DNA of 48,486 nt from Deltaproteobacteria bacterium (GTDB taxonomy: Bacteria > Desulfobacterota > UBA8473), in NCBI GenBank assembly GCA_030623035.1, contig JAUXFK010000001.1:1-48486 (forward strand), read 5' to 3'. Below the pieces are notes generated by a model that was not told the origin of the DNA, searched no databases, and saw only the letters and a program-made list of their open reading frames with translations. This document shows positions 1 to 8,605 of this stretch, piece by piece. The translations under genes were made by a program, and so were the position numbers. The first letter of the stretch is position 1, and each line of letters begins with the position of its first letter.

Positions 1-1
1 A

Positions 2-964
2 AAGGAAGAAAAGGAGAAAAAGAAAGAGGAAATAAAAAAAGAGAGGAAAAAAGATGAAAAGGGTATTCTCAATAGACTGAAGGACGGGTTGTCAAAGACG
101 AGAGAAGGGTTTACAGGAAAGGTAGACCGGCTTATATTTGGCAAAAAAAAGATAGATGGTGAACTGTTAGAAGAGCTTGAAGAGGTATTGATCACCTCCG
201 ATATAGGCGTTCAGACAACCTTTAAGTTAATCGAAAGTATAAAAGAAAGAGTAAAGAGAAAAGAGCTTGATGATCCGGGGCTTTTAAAGGAATGCCTCCA
301 TGAAGAGATCCTGGAAATTTTAGAAGCTCAGGAGAAACCTATTGAGATTTCATCCCGGCCTTTTATAATATTGGTCATTGGCGTCAATGGTGTTGGGAAG
401 ACAACGACGATTGCCAAGATGGCCAACAGGTTTAAAGAAGAGGGGAAGAGTGTCATTCTGGCTGCAGCCGACACATTTCGAGCCGCTGCCATAGAGCAAC
501 TCGATATATGGGGAGAGAGGGTTGGCTGTAAGGTAGTTAAACATCAAGATGGGTCCGATCCTTCGGCTGTGGTTTTTGATTCGATAAAAGCAGCTATTGC
601 AAGGGGTATTGACGTGTTGATCATCGATACTGCGGGAAGACTGCATACCAAAGTAAACCTGATGGAAGAATTAAAGAAGATTCAAAGGATTATCAAAAGA
701 GAGATACCGGATGCTCCCCACGAGGTCCTTCTTATCCTGGATGCCACTACCGGCCAGAACGCTATTTCCCAGGCCCAGTTGTTTAAAGATGAGGCAAATA
801 TCACAGGCATCGCATTAACCAAGCTCGATGGAACAGCCAAAGGTGGAATCATAATCGGTATTTCAGATGAACTCAAAATACCCTTGAGGTATGTTGGAAT
901 CGGCGAAGGGATGGACGATCTAAAGGTATTTAATGCAAAGAGCTTTACAGAGGCACTTTTTTAG
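2..964 (+). CDS. ftsY: Signal recognition particle receptor FtsY, 5'-truncated by the window edge
   Basis: The frame of ORF 89..964 stays open back to base 2, giving a K/E-rich N-terminal region (KEEKEKKKEE...). SRP-GTPase NG-domain motifs are present: GVNGVGKTTT, DTAGR, TKLDGTAKGG. There is no M domain, so this is FtsY rather than Ffh. Confidence 0.9.
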   Translation, partial: KEEKEKKKEEIKKERKKDEKGILNRLKDGLSKTREGFTGKVDRLIFGKKKIDGELLEELEEVLITSDIGVQTTFKLIESIKERVKRKELDDPGLLKECLHEEILEILEAQEKPIEISSRPFIILVIGVNGVGKTTTIAKMANRFKEEGKSVILAAADTFRAAAIEQLDIWGERVGCKVVKHQDGSDPSAVVFDSIKAAIARGIDVLIIDTAGRLHTKVNLMEELKKIQRIIKREIPDAPHEVLLILDATTGQNAISQAQLFKDEANITGIALTKLDGTAKGGIIIGISDELKIPLRYVGIGEGMDDLKVFNAKSFTEALF

Positions 965-968
965 AAAA

Positions 969-2534
969 ATGAGGACTACCTTTTCATTATCTTTACTTTC
1001 CAGACTGACAGTGTTAGTATTGCTATTATTTACTGGCATCTTCTTTCTGGCTTGTAAAGGAAAAACCGAAACTGAAAAGGGGGTGGAACAAATGGCAAAG
1101 ACAGACGGTGAAAGAGGCTATATAAGAGAACCTGCTGTGGCCGGGGCATTCTACCCGTCTGATCCGGTTCTCTTGAAGGGACAGATAAAGGACTTTTTAA
1201 GTAATGTCAAGAAGGAAAGGATCGATGGAAGGATTGTAGCCCTTATCTCTCCCCATGCCGGCTATATGTATTCAGGTCAGGTTGCGGCCTTTGGATATAA
1301 GCTGCTTGAAGGATCAGGTTTCTCCAGAGTCATAGTCATTGCACCAAGTCATAGGGCGTATTTTAAAGGGGCATCGGTATATAATAAGAAAGGCTACAGG
1401 ACTCCTCTTGGAGTGGTTCCTGTAGATGAAGATCTTAGCAATGAGATTATTGCAAAGGATTCGATGATAGGATACCATCCACAAGCCCATATCAGTGAGC
1501 ATTCGCTGGAGGTGCAGGTGCCGTTTTTGCAGGTAGTTTTGAAAGAGTTTAGACTGATACCCATTGTAATGGGTAGCCAGGATTTCAATACCTGTAACCT
1601 TCTGAGTGAGGCTGTTGTAAAGACAATAAAGGATGAGAAGGTACTGATTATAGCGAGTACGGACCTTTCTCATTTTCACCATTATGATAAAGCGGTTGAT
1701 CTGGATAAGATCGTTCTGAAACATATCGAAACATTTGACCCAGAGGGGTTTTCACAGGCTTTGGATAAAGGAAGGTGTGAGGCCTGTGGCGGCGGACCCG
1801 TAATCACTGCCATGTTGATTGCCAGGAAGTTAGGAGCCAATAAGGCCCGAGTCCTGAAATATGCAAATTCAGGTGATGTGACCGGAGATAAGTCAAGGGT
1901 GGTAGGTTATGCGTCCGCTGTTTTATATAAAAACCAGGATGAAAAAAAAGATGTAAAAGAGAAAAAGAGAGTCGGTGTAGACCTGGGACTTAATGAAGAA
2001 GAAAAGAGTATCCTTCTGGATATAGCCGGGACTACTATCGAAAGCAAAGCAAGAGACCGAAAACTGCCTGAATTTGATATAAGCTCGGATATCCTGAAAG
2101 AGAACAGGGGCGCATTTGTCTCTCTCCACAAGCATGGCAGGTTAAGGGGATGCATAGGGAATATCCGTGGTAGCAGGCCTCTTCATATCACCATTCAAGA
2201 GATGGCATCTGCCGCAGCCTTCAATGATCCTAGATTCGGACCGGTTACAAAAGATGAGATTAATGATCTCGATATAGAGATTTCAGTCTTGACACCTCTT
2301 GTTAAAATAGATGATGTTAAAGAGATTGAGGTAGGAAAACACGGTATATATATTGAGAAGGGGTATCATTCCGGATTGCTCCTTCCCCAGGTGGCGACTG
2401 AATATGGATGGGACAGGACGACTTTCCTGGAGCAGACCTGTAATAAAGCGGGATTAACAAAGAATGCATGGAAGGATAAAGATGCCGGAATATATATATT
2501 CTCAGCGGATATATTTTCGAAAGACAAACCGTGA
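969..2534 (+). CDS. Fusion protein: Memo-like (AmmeMemoRadiSam system protein B) N-terminal half plus AMMECR1 (protein A) C-terminal half, with a predicted signal/lipoprotein leader
   Basis: Lies in ORF 933..2534; the likely ATG at 969 is 5 nt after the ftsY stop. The N-terminus MRTTFSLSLLSRLTVLVLLLFTGIFFLAC looks like a signal peptide with a lipobox-like FLAC. Memo-type motifs: AGAFYP, SPHAGYMYSG, DLSHFH. A K/E-rich linker follows, then the AMMECR1 motif RGAFVSLHKHGRLRGCIGN. Confidence 0.85.
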   Translation: MRTTFSLSLLSRLTVLVLLLFTGIFFLACKGKTETEKGVEQMAKTDGERGYIREPAVAGAFYPSDPVLLKGQIKDFLSNVKKERIDGRIVALISPHAGYMYSGQVAAFGYKLLEGSGFSRVIVIAPSHRAYFKGASVYNKKGYRTPLGVVPVDEDLSNEIIAKDSMIGYHPQAHISEHSLEVQVPFLQVVLKEFRLIPIVMGSQDFNTCNLLSEAVVKTIKDEKVLIIASTDLSHFHHYDKAVDLDKIVLKHIETFDPEGFSQALDKGRCEACGGGPVITAMLIARKLGANKARVLKYANSGDVTGDKSRVVGYASAVLYKNQDEKKDVKEKKRVGVDLGLNEEEKSILLDIAGTTIESKARDRKLPEFDISSDILKENRGAFVSLHKHGRLRGCIGNIRGSRPLHITIQEMASAAAFNDPRFGPVTKDEINDLDIEISVLTPLVKIDDVKEIEVGKHGIYIEKGYHSGLLLPQVATEYGWDRTTFLEQTCNKAGLTKNAWKDKDAGIYIFSADIFSKDKP

Positions 2535-2535
2535 T

Positions 2536-2620
2536 TAGTGTTCATACATAAATGGCCCTTTTGCCCAATCACTGTGTCAGGCTCAGATTTTAATCTCTTC
2601 CCCTTCCTTGACCTTCAACA
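2536..2620 (+). repeat. Dispersed repeat family D, copy 1 (second copy at 48366..48486)
   Basis: The core CATAAATGGCCCTTTTGCCCAATCaCTGTGTCAGGCTCAGATTTTAATC and the distal CCTTCCTTGACCTTcAACA recur near the window end in the same orientation with 1-2 mismatches. Confidence 0.6.
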
Positions 2621-2752
2621 AAACTTCTCATTTCAGGATGGACACCACCTATAAAAATCCTTAGTCCACATAAAGCTTACCGCACTTTCCTATAAAAAAG
2701 GGTATCCTTTAAAAATCTCAAAAACAATTTTTTTCTTTTGTTCATTTTTTTC

Positions 2753-2805
2753 TTGACATACTATATCTTGTGGTATAGATAATAATTATGCACAATATAA
2801 GCTGT
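2753..2805 (+). promoter_or_regulatory. Putative nrdD promoter overlapped by two NrdR-box-like 16-mers
   Basis: TTGACA at ~2753 and TGgTATAGA (extended -10 like) at ~2771. ATACTATATCTTGTGG (2758..2773) matches the NrdR-box consensus acaCwAtATaTwGtgt at 13/16. GCACAATATAAGCTGT (2790..2805) matches at 12/16. The boxes start 32 bp apart, which is the usual tandem spacing. Confidence 0.5.
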
Positions 2806-2850
2806 AAATTGGGGAAAGAAATTAGGTCTTTTTAACCATGGAGGAATGTT

Positions 2851-5007
2851 ATGAGTACCTTAAGGGAGTTTGATATAGAGACAAAAAGAGTAAAATCGGA
2901 TTCAGAAACTACGGATATGGCTCTATTTGTCCGTACTTCAAAAGAGGATCTTTTAGGCTGGAACAGGATGCGGATTGTTGATGCTCTGGTAAGAGAGACC
3001 TATGTTGATATCGACACTGCACAAGAGATCAGTAAGGAAGTTGAAAGACAGATCATCGATTCTAAGATTGCGGTTGTTACAGCTCCTCTTATCAGGGAAT
3101 TGGTGGACGCCAAGCTCATCGAAAGGGGTTTAGAGCAGGCCAGAAAGATGCATACCCGTCTGGGGGTTCCTCTTTATGATGTGGACCAACTCATCCTCCA
3201 TCCCAACAAAGAGAATGCCAATGTACCCCATAGTCCTGAGGCGACAAACCTGACTTTAGCAGAGATGATTAAAAAGGAATACGCCCTTTTAAATGTCTTT
3301 TCACAGGAGATCGGGGATGCCCATTTACGGGGAGATATCCATATACATGATCTGGGTTTTATTGACCGCCCTTATTGTTCAGGGCAATCTCTCGAATACA
3401 TTAAAAGATTCGGCCTGAGCCTACCCAACTCCTTATCCATTGCGAAACCTGCAAAGCATCCTGAGGTCTTACTCGCCCATATGGTTAAATTCGCCGCTGC
3501 ATTACAGAGCCATTTTGCCGGTGCTATCGGGTGGGATGCCGTTAATCTATTTTTTGCCCCTTATCTTGTAGGATTGGATGATGCAGAAGTAAGGCAGTTG
3601 GCTCAAATACTTATATTTGAGTTTTCCCAGCAGGCAGTGGCCCGGGGGGGGCAGGCAATCTTTACAGATATTAACCTGTATTGGGAGGTTCCCAGCCACT
3701 TTGAAGATGTCCCTGCTATTGGACCCGGTGGAAAGTATACCGGTAAACCCTATGGATATTATCAAGAAGAGGCCCAGAGGTTTGTGTGGTTTCTCTTTGA
3801 TGTATTCAAGGAAGGGGATGGAGTTGGCAGGCCTTTCTTCTTCCCAAAACCCCTGGTTCACATTACTGAAAAGTTTTTTAAGACACCAGGCCATGAGGAC
3901 TTTCTAAACCATATATGTGACGTAGCAAGTGAAAAGGGGAACACCTACTTTGTCTTTGATAGGGGGAATACCGCCAAGATCTCGGAATGCTGCAGGTTAA
4001 GCTTTAAACTGGAGGCATCGGATCTTGAAGATGCAAAAGAGCCCTGGAAGATGCGATATACTGCCCTTCAGAATATAACCTTAAACTTACCCAGGATGGG
4101 GTACCTGGCAAAAAAGGATGACACAAAACTCTTTTCCAATATCTCCGATTTCATGGAAATGGCGGTACAGGCTCATATGCAAAAGAAGGGCTTTATAGAA
4201 AAACTACTATCCCTCAAAGAGAGAGGCCCTTTGGCATTACTAACAATGGAAAAGGATGACTCTCCGTATCTAAGGATGCATAGAGCAACCTATTTAATCG
4301 GTATGCTGGGGTTGAATGAACTGGTCGAGATACATACAGGCGAAGAACTGCACCATTCTAAGAAAGCTTTCAAGTTTGGTTTGAAGATAATTGCACATAT
4401 GAAGTTGCTGGCAGATAAGTTCGGCGAAAAACATGGGATGAGGTTCGTTCTTGAGCAATCGCCTGCAGAAAGTACATCTTATCGTTTTGCTAAACTGGAT
4501 TTAAGATACCATTCTCCACAGTCGGGTCATATAGTCAAAGGAGATATCTCAAAAGCAGAGGTGTATTATACGAATTCGACATGTTTTACTGTTTCATCCC
4601 AGATGAATCCAATCGAGCGGGTGAGAAAAGAAGGGCTTTTTCATCCCCTGATAGAGGCTGGTGCCTTAACCCATATATGGCTGGGTGAAGCAAAACCTTC
4701 TAAGGAATCCCTCGCCAATTTCGTTATAAAAACCTTTAATGGGACTTTAAACGATCAGATTGCCTTTTCTCCTGAATTTACAACCTGTATATCTTGTGGC
4801 AAGACTTCCAGGGGATTGAGCGATGAATGTAACTATTGCGGCTCCAATGAGGTAGAAGGCATTACAAGGATCACTGGTTATTTCACAAAGACCTCAAGCT
4901 GGAATAAAGGAAAGATAGGGGAACTCAACGATAGATTTAGAAACAGCGGGTTTTTAAATGATGGGGATGGGGATGTTATTAAGCTTCCACAAAAACCAAA
5001 GAACTAA
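2851..5007 (+). CDS. nrdD: Anaerobic ribonucleoside-triphosphate reductase (class III RNR)
   Basis: 718 aa. C-terminal glycyl-radical motif RITGYF preceded by a Zn-ribbon (CISCGK...CNYCGS). GGAGGA RBS upstream. An activase gene lies downstream. Confidence 0.93.
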   Translation: MSTLREFDIETKRVKSDSETTDMALFVRTSKEDLLGWNRMRIVDALVRETYVDIDTAQEISKEVERQIIDSKIAVVTAPLIRELVDAKLIERGLEQARKMHTRLGVPLYDVDQLILHPNKENANVPHSPEATNLTLAEMIKKEYALLNVFSQEIGDAHLRGDIHIHDLGFIDRPYCSGQSLEYIKRFGLSLPNSLSIAKPAKHPEVLLAHMVKFAAALQSHFAGAIGWDAVNLFFAPYLVGLDDAEVRQLAQILIFEFSQQAVARGGQAIFTDINLYWEVPSHFEDVPAIGPGGKYTGKPYGYYQEEAQRFVWFLFDVFKEGDGVGRPFFFPKPLVHITEKFFKTPGHEDFLNHICDVASEKGNTYFVFDRGNTAKISECCRLSFKLEASDLEDAKEPWKMRYTALQNITLNLPRMGYLAKKDDTKLFSNISDFMEMAVQAHMQKKGFIEKLLSLKERGPLALLTMEKDDSPYLRMHRATYLIGMLGLNELVEIHTGEELHHSKKAFKFGLKIIAHMKLLADKFGEKHGMRFVLEQSPAESTSYRFAKLDLRYHSPQSGHIVKGDISKAEVYYTNSTCFTVSSQMNPIERVRKEGLFHPLIEAGALTHIWLGEAKPSKESLANFVIKTFNGTLNDQIAFSPEFTTCISCGKTSRGLSDECNYCGSNEVEGITRITGYFTKTSSWNKGKIGELNDRFRNSGFLNDGDGDVIKLPQKPKN

Positions 5008-5041
5008 TAAAGTTAGGGAAAAGAAAGGAGGATATAAAAAT

Positions 5042-5311
5042 ATGGAAATGGTGAAGATATTCTGGAAGGCTAACTGCTCAAAATGCCCGGCAGCAAAAGA
5101 TGTAGGAAATACATTAAAAGAGGAAGGGTTCAAAGTAATAGATTATAATTTAGATACATTGGATGGACTGGCGGAAGGTGCTTATTACAGTGTTATGGCA
5201 ACGCCGACCTTGATTATAGAAGACCGGGATGAAAACTGTATCGCTGATTTTCGCGGTATAATCCCTTCAGCCAAAGAGATTCAAACACTTATAAACAAAA
5301 ATTATCGATAA
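5042..5311 (+). CDS. Small thioredoxin/glutaredoxin-fold protein (CxxC)
   Basis: Lies in ORF 4958..5311; the likely ATG at 5042 follows AAAGGAGGA. 89 aa with a CSKC redox motif near the N-terminus and ATPTLII (cis-Pro region). Confidence 0.7.
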   Translation: MEMVKIFWKANCSKCPAAKDVGNTLKEEGFKVIDYNLDTLDGLAEGAYYSVMATPTLIIEDRDENCIADFRGIIPSAKEIQTLINKNYR

Positions 5312-5421
5312 AATCTTGTAATAAATATCCCTTTAAAGAATCAAAGCGTGATTTAACTCCATATTTACTTCCCTATTAACCCCTGGCAGGTCTGCTAGAG
5401 GAAAAAAGGATATTAAAAGAT

Positions 5422-5808
5422 ATGGCTACAAAAAATCCAGATAAGACGCATAAGATTTTGGTCGTGGATGACGAGGAAAGCATTCGAGAGGTTATCTATG
5501 ACTTTCTTACTATGGAGGGCTATTCAGTAACTACTGCATATGATGGGGTTAATGCCCTTAAAGTATTACAGGATAGTTCCTTTGACCTTATGATTGTTGA
5601 TCTTATAATGCCCAATATCGGCGGAGCTGAAATCCTTGATTGGCTATCCCGGAAGAACCGTAAGATACCTTCTCTTGTTATAACAGGGTTGCCGGTTGAG
5701 AACTTGAAAGAAGACCTTAAGAAAAGAGGGGCCTTTGAATGTATCCCAAAGCCGTTTCATTTGAACTATCTATCACATATGGTTCAAGTAGGGCTCAATC
5801 AGGCATGA
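5422..5808 (+). CDS. Stand-alone response-regulator receiver domain (CheY-like)
   Basis: 128 aa. Acidic pocket VVDDEE, phospho-acceptor context DLMIVDLIMP, conserved Lys in IPKPF. No output domain. Confidence 0.85.
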   Translation: MATKNPDKTHKILVVDDEESIREVIYDFLTMEGYSVTTAYDGVNALKVLQDSSFDLMIVDLIMPNIGGAEILDWLSRKNRKIPSLVITGLPVENLKEDLKKRGAFECIPKPFHLNYLSHMVQVGLNQA

Positions 5809-5839
5809 CTGTGTATAAAAAAAAGGATGTTTCGATTCG

Positions 5840-6535
5840 ATGTTGAATCAAATTAAAGGGTTTTTAGAGACCTCCTTTTTGGATTGGCCGGGAAAGATCG
5901 TTTCCGTAGTTTTCTTTCCAAAATGCAACTTTCGCTGTCCTTATTGTCATAACCACGGCCTTGTCCTAACCCCGGAAAAATATGAGACCATCTCAGTTGA
6001 GTATATTCTAAACCGTTTAAGCGAGTTTAAAGGTTGGGTTGATGGCATATGCATAACAGGGGGAGAGCCTACCTTGCATGCTTCTCTTCTCGATATCATT
6101 CGCAAATTCAAATCTGATGATTTCCTTGTAAAACTGGATACCAATGGGACAAACCCGGCTGTATTGAAGGATTTGATTGAAAACAGGCTCGTTGACTATG
6201 TATCCATGGATGTAAAAGGCCCATTAGATGAAATCAGGTATTCACGAAATGCTGGTGTTCAGGTCAATTTAAGTGATATAAAAGAGAGTATAAAGACATT
6301 GAAAGAGGGTACAATTCCCTATGAGTTCAGGGTTACTGTGGTACCAACTTTACTTAAAGAGGATGATATAATAGATTTGGCAAAGCAGCTTTCAAGGGCA
6401 GACAAATTCACCCTTTCAAACTTTAATCCATCTGATCCTCTTGACATTCAACTTAAAGATGTAAAGCCCTATGATGAAGACATGTTAAAAAGACTGCAGC
6501 ATAGGGTAGATGAAATCGTCAAGATGCCCATTTAA
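5840..6535 (+). CDS. nrdG: Anaerobic RNR activating enzyme (radical SAM)
   Basis: CNFRCPYCHN (CxxxCxxC) cluster motif. N-terminal ETSFLDWPGK is typical of NrdG-type activases. GGEPTL SAM motif. 231 aa. Confidence 0.85.
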   Translation: MLNQIKGFLETSFLDWPGKIVSVVFFPKCNFRCPYCHNHGLVLTPEKYETISVEYILNRLSEFKGWVDGICITGGEPTLHASLLDIIRKFKSDDFLVKLDTNGTNPAVLKDLIENRLVDYVSMDVKGPLDEIRYSRNAGVQVNLSDIKESIKTLKEGTIPYEFRVTVVPTLLKEDDIIDLAKQLSRADKFTLSNFNPSDPLDIQLKDVKPYDEDMLKRLQHRVDEIVKMPI

Positions 6536-6835
6536 TAATCGGTAATACCTCAATGCGTTTATTTTATTTAGTCCTTCCTATATTTTTCTCTTGACAAATC
6601 CCCCCTTTTTCTTATTAAATTAGAAGATACGGGCTTTGATTTTTGAGCTATAAAATAGCGACGAAAACAATGAGTTTGTAGAAGGTATGATAGCCTTTAA
6701 CGCCTTATTGGGAAGTTTAATTGCCCAATAAAGGAAACCTTGGTTTCTAACTAGAATAGAAAGACCAATGAAAGATGATCTTTTCTAGGCGGAAATCTGG
6801 AAAATACCAATATTAATTTAAAGAAAGGAGATATT

Positions 6836-7741
6836 ATGTCTGAGATTCGTTTTGATGGAAGGGTGGCCGTCGTAACCGGTTCCGGGAGAGGATTAGGAAA
6901 AAGTCATGCCCTGCTTTTGGCTTCCAGAGGTGCAAAAGTCGTTGTAAATGATCTGGGAGGGGCTGTTGATGGTGCCGGCGGAGGGTCTCAAACCCCTGCT
7001 GAAGAAGTAGTGCAAGAGATTAAAGCCGCCGGTGGAGAAGCGGTAGCTGATTATAACGGCGTACATACTGCAGAAGGTGGAAAAGGGATCATAGAGACAG
7101 CGACCAAGGCATTTGGAAAGGTTGATATACTTATAAATAATGCTGGAATCCTAAGAGATGTTTCATTCATGAAGATGACGGATGAGCAGTGGGATATGGT
7201 TTTAAAGGTTCATCTGTACGGTGCATACTATGTAACAAAAGCAGCATGGCCTGTAATGAAGGAGAATAACTATGGGCGTGTCATCTTCACAACATCTGCA
7301 GCAGGACTATACGGCAATTTCGGCCAGACCAATTACTCAGCCGCAAAAATGGGGGTTGTTGGTATGATGAATACATTAAAGGCTGAAGGCGCAAAAAACA
7401 ATATTATGGTAAACACAATTGGCCCGGGAGCAGTCTCCAGGATGACAGAGAGCATTATGCCAAAAGATGTCCTTGATCTTATGGTTCCCGAGTTGGTATC
7501 TCCGATAGTATGCCTTATGTGTTCTGAGGATTTTAAAGAGACAGGGCATATCATGGCAGCCGGGGCAGGCCATTATGCCAAAGTACAGATCATCGAGTCT
7601 AAAGGGGTTTATTTAGATCCAAAGAGCAAGGTTACAATGGAAGATGTTAGGGAAAAGCTCCCTGACATAGTGAACATGGAAGGGGCTATAACTGCACAAA
7701 ATGCCATGGACGGCATTGGTAAATTTTTTAAACAAGGTTAG
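6836..7741 (+). CDS. Short-chain dehydrogenase/reductase, MFE-2/HSD17B4-like (probable 3-hydroxyacyl-CoA dehydrogenase)
   Basis: TGSGRGLGK Rossmann motif, NNAG, YSAAK catalytic motif. The N-terminal FDGRVAVVTG...VVVNDLGG signature matches MFE-2-type enzymes. Confidence 0.85.
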   Translation: MSEIRFDGRVAVVTGSGRGLGKSHALLLASRGAKVVVNDLGGAVDGAGGGSQTPAEEVVQEIKAAGGEAVADYNGVHTAEGGKGIIETATKAFGKVDILINNAGILRDVSFMKMTDEQWDMVLKVHLYGAYYVTKAAWPVMKENNYGRVIFTTSAAGLYGNFGQTNYSAAKMGVVGMMNTLKAEGAKNNIMVNTIGPGAVSRMTESIMPKDVLDLMVPELVSPIVCLMCSEDFKETGHIMAAGAGHYAKVQIIESKGVYLDPKSKVTMEDVREKLPDIVNMEGAITAQNAMDGIGKFFKQG

Positions 7742-8002
7742 TATATATTATCACCAAAAACGGCATGGAGGTCTTATGACGGCCTCCATGCCTAAGAACA
7801 AAAGCTCGTTTTCCTCAGATTTTTTAAACAATCAAAGACCTGCTTTCCCTACCATCTGCGAATTTAATATTTATAACAGGGCTCATCATCGAGAAAACCG
7901 TCCTTTGGGTTTTTGCAACTCTATATTCCGTTTTGCCGAGACCTATGAGCAAAAAGTGTAAGAATTGAGCGCTCAAAGGGATTTTTTTTACGGGAGATAA
8001 AT

Positions 8003-8479
8003 ATGTCAAAAGTATTGATTAGCTACTTTTCAAAATCCGGGAATACACAAAAGATGGCTTCGTATATCAAAGAAGGTCTCATATCATCAGGCGATTTGCA
8101 AGTTGACCTGAAGGAGGTTAAAGACACTACCATTGATGACCTCCTTTCCTCTGACGGTATAATTATAGGCAGTCCAACGTACTTTGGGGTGATGGCTGCC
8201 GATGTTAAGGATCTTATTGATAAGAGTATCAAGTGCTTTGGAAAATTGTCCGGGAAGGTTGGAGGTGCATTCACGTCCTCGGCTATGGTAGGTGGGGGGA
8301 ATGAGACGACCATCATGAGTATCATCCAGGCACTGCTCATCCATGGGATGATCGTGCAGGGTGATAACAAGGGAAACCACTATGGCCCTGTATCCATTGG
8401 CGCGCCTGATCAAGGTGTTATAGATGAATGTGTACGATACGGCAAGAGGTTGGGCGATCTGGTCAAGAAATTGAATTGA
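8003..8479 (+). CDS. Flavodoxin-family protein (WrbA-like)
   Basis: 158 aa. KVLISYFSKSGNTQKMA FMN phosphate-binding loop and GSPTYFG motif. Confidence 0.75.
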   Translation: MSKVLISYFSKSGNTQKMASYIKEGLISSGDLQVDLKEVKDTTIDDLLSSDGIIIGSPTYFGVMAADVKDLIDKSIKCFGKLSGKVGGAFTSSAMVGGGNETTIMSIIQALLIHGMIVQGDNKGNHYGPVSIGAPDQGVIDECVRYGKRLGDLVKKLN

Positions 8480-8605
8480 GAATCAAGGGACACTTTAACT
8501 GTCCCAAAATGATCGAGGTACTTCATCTCACCGTTCGAACAGGCTGGTAAGGATCAGGCACCTATGGGGCTGTAACAGACTGGCAAAAATACAGAGGGAG
8601 AACCA

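Noticed and set aside
5875-5885. Apparent 1-nt frame inconsistency at a T5G3 run near the nrdG start when counted by hand
   Set aside because: The supplied ORF track gives an uninterrupted 231-aa NrdG (5840..6535). This is most likely my counting error in a homopolymer run, so I do not report it as a frameshift.
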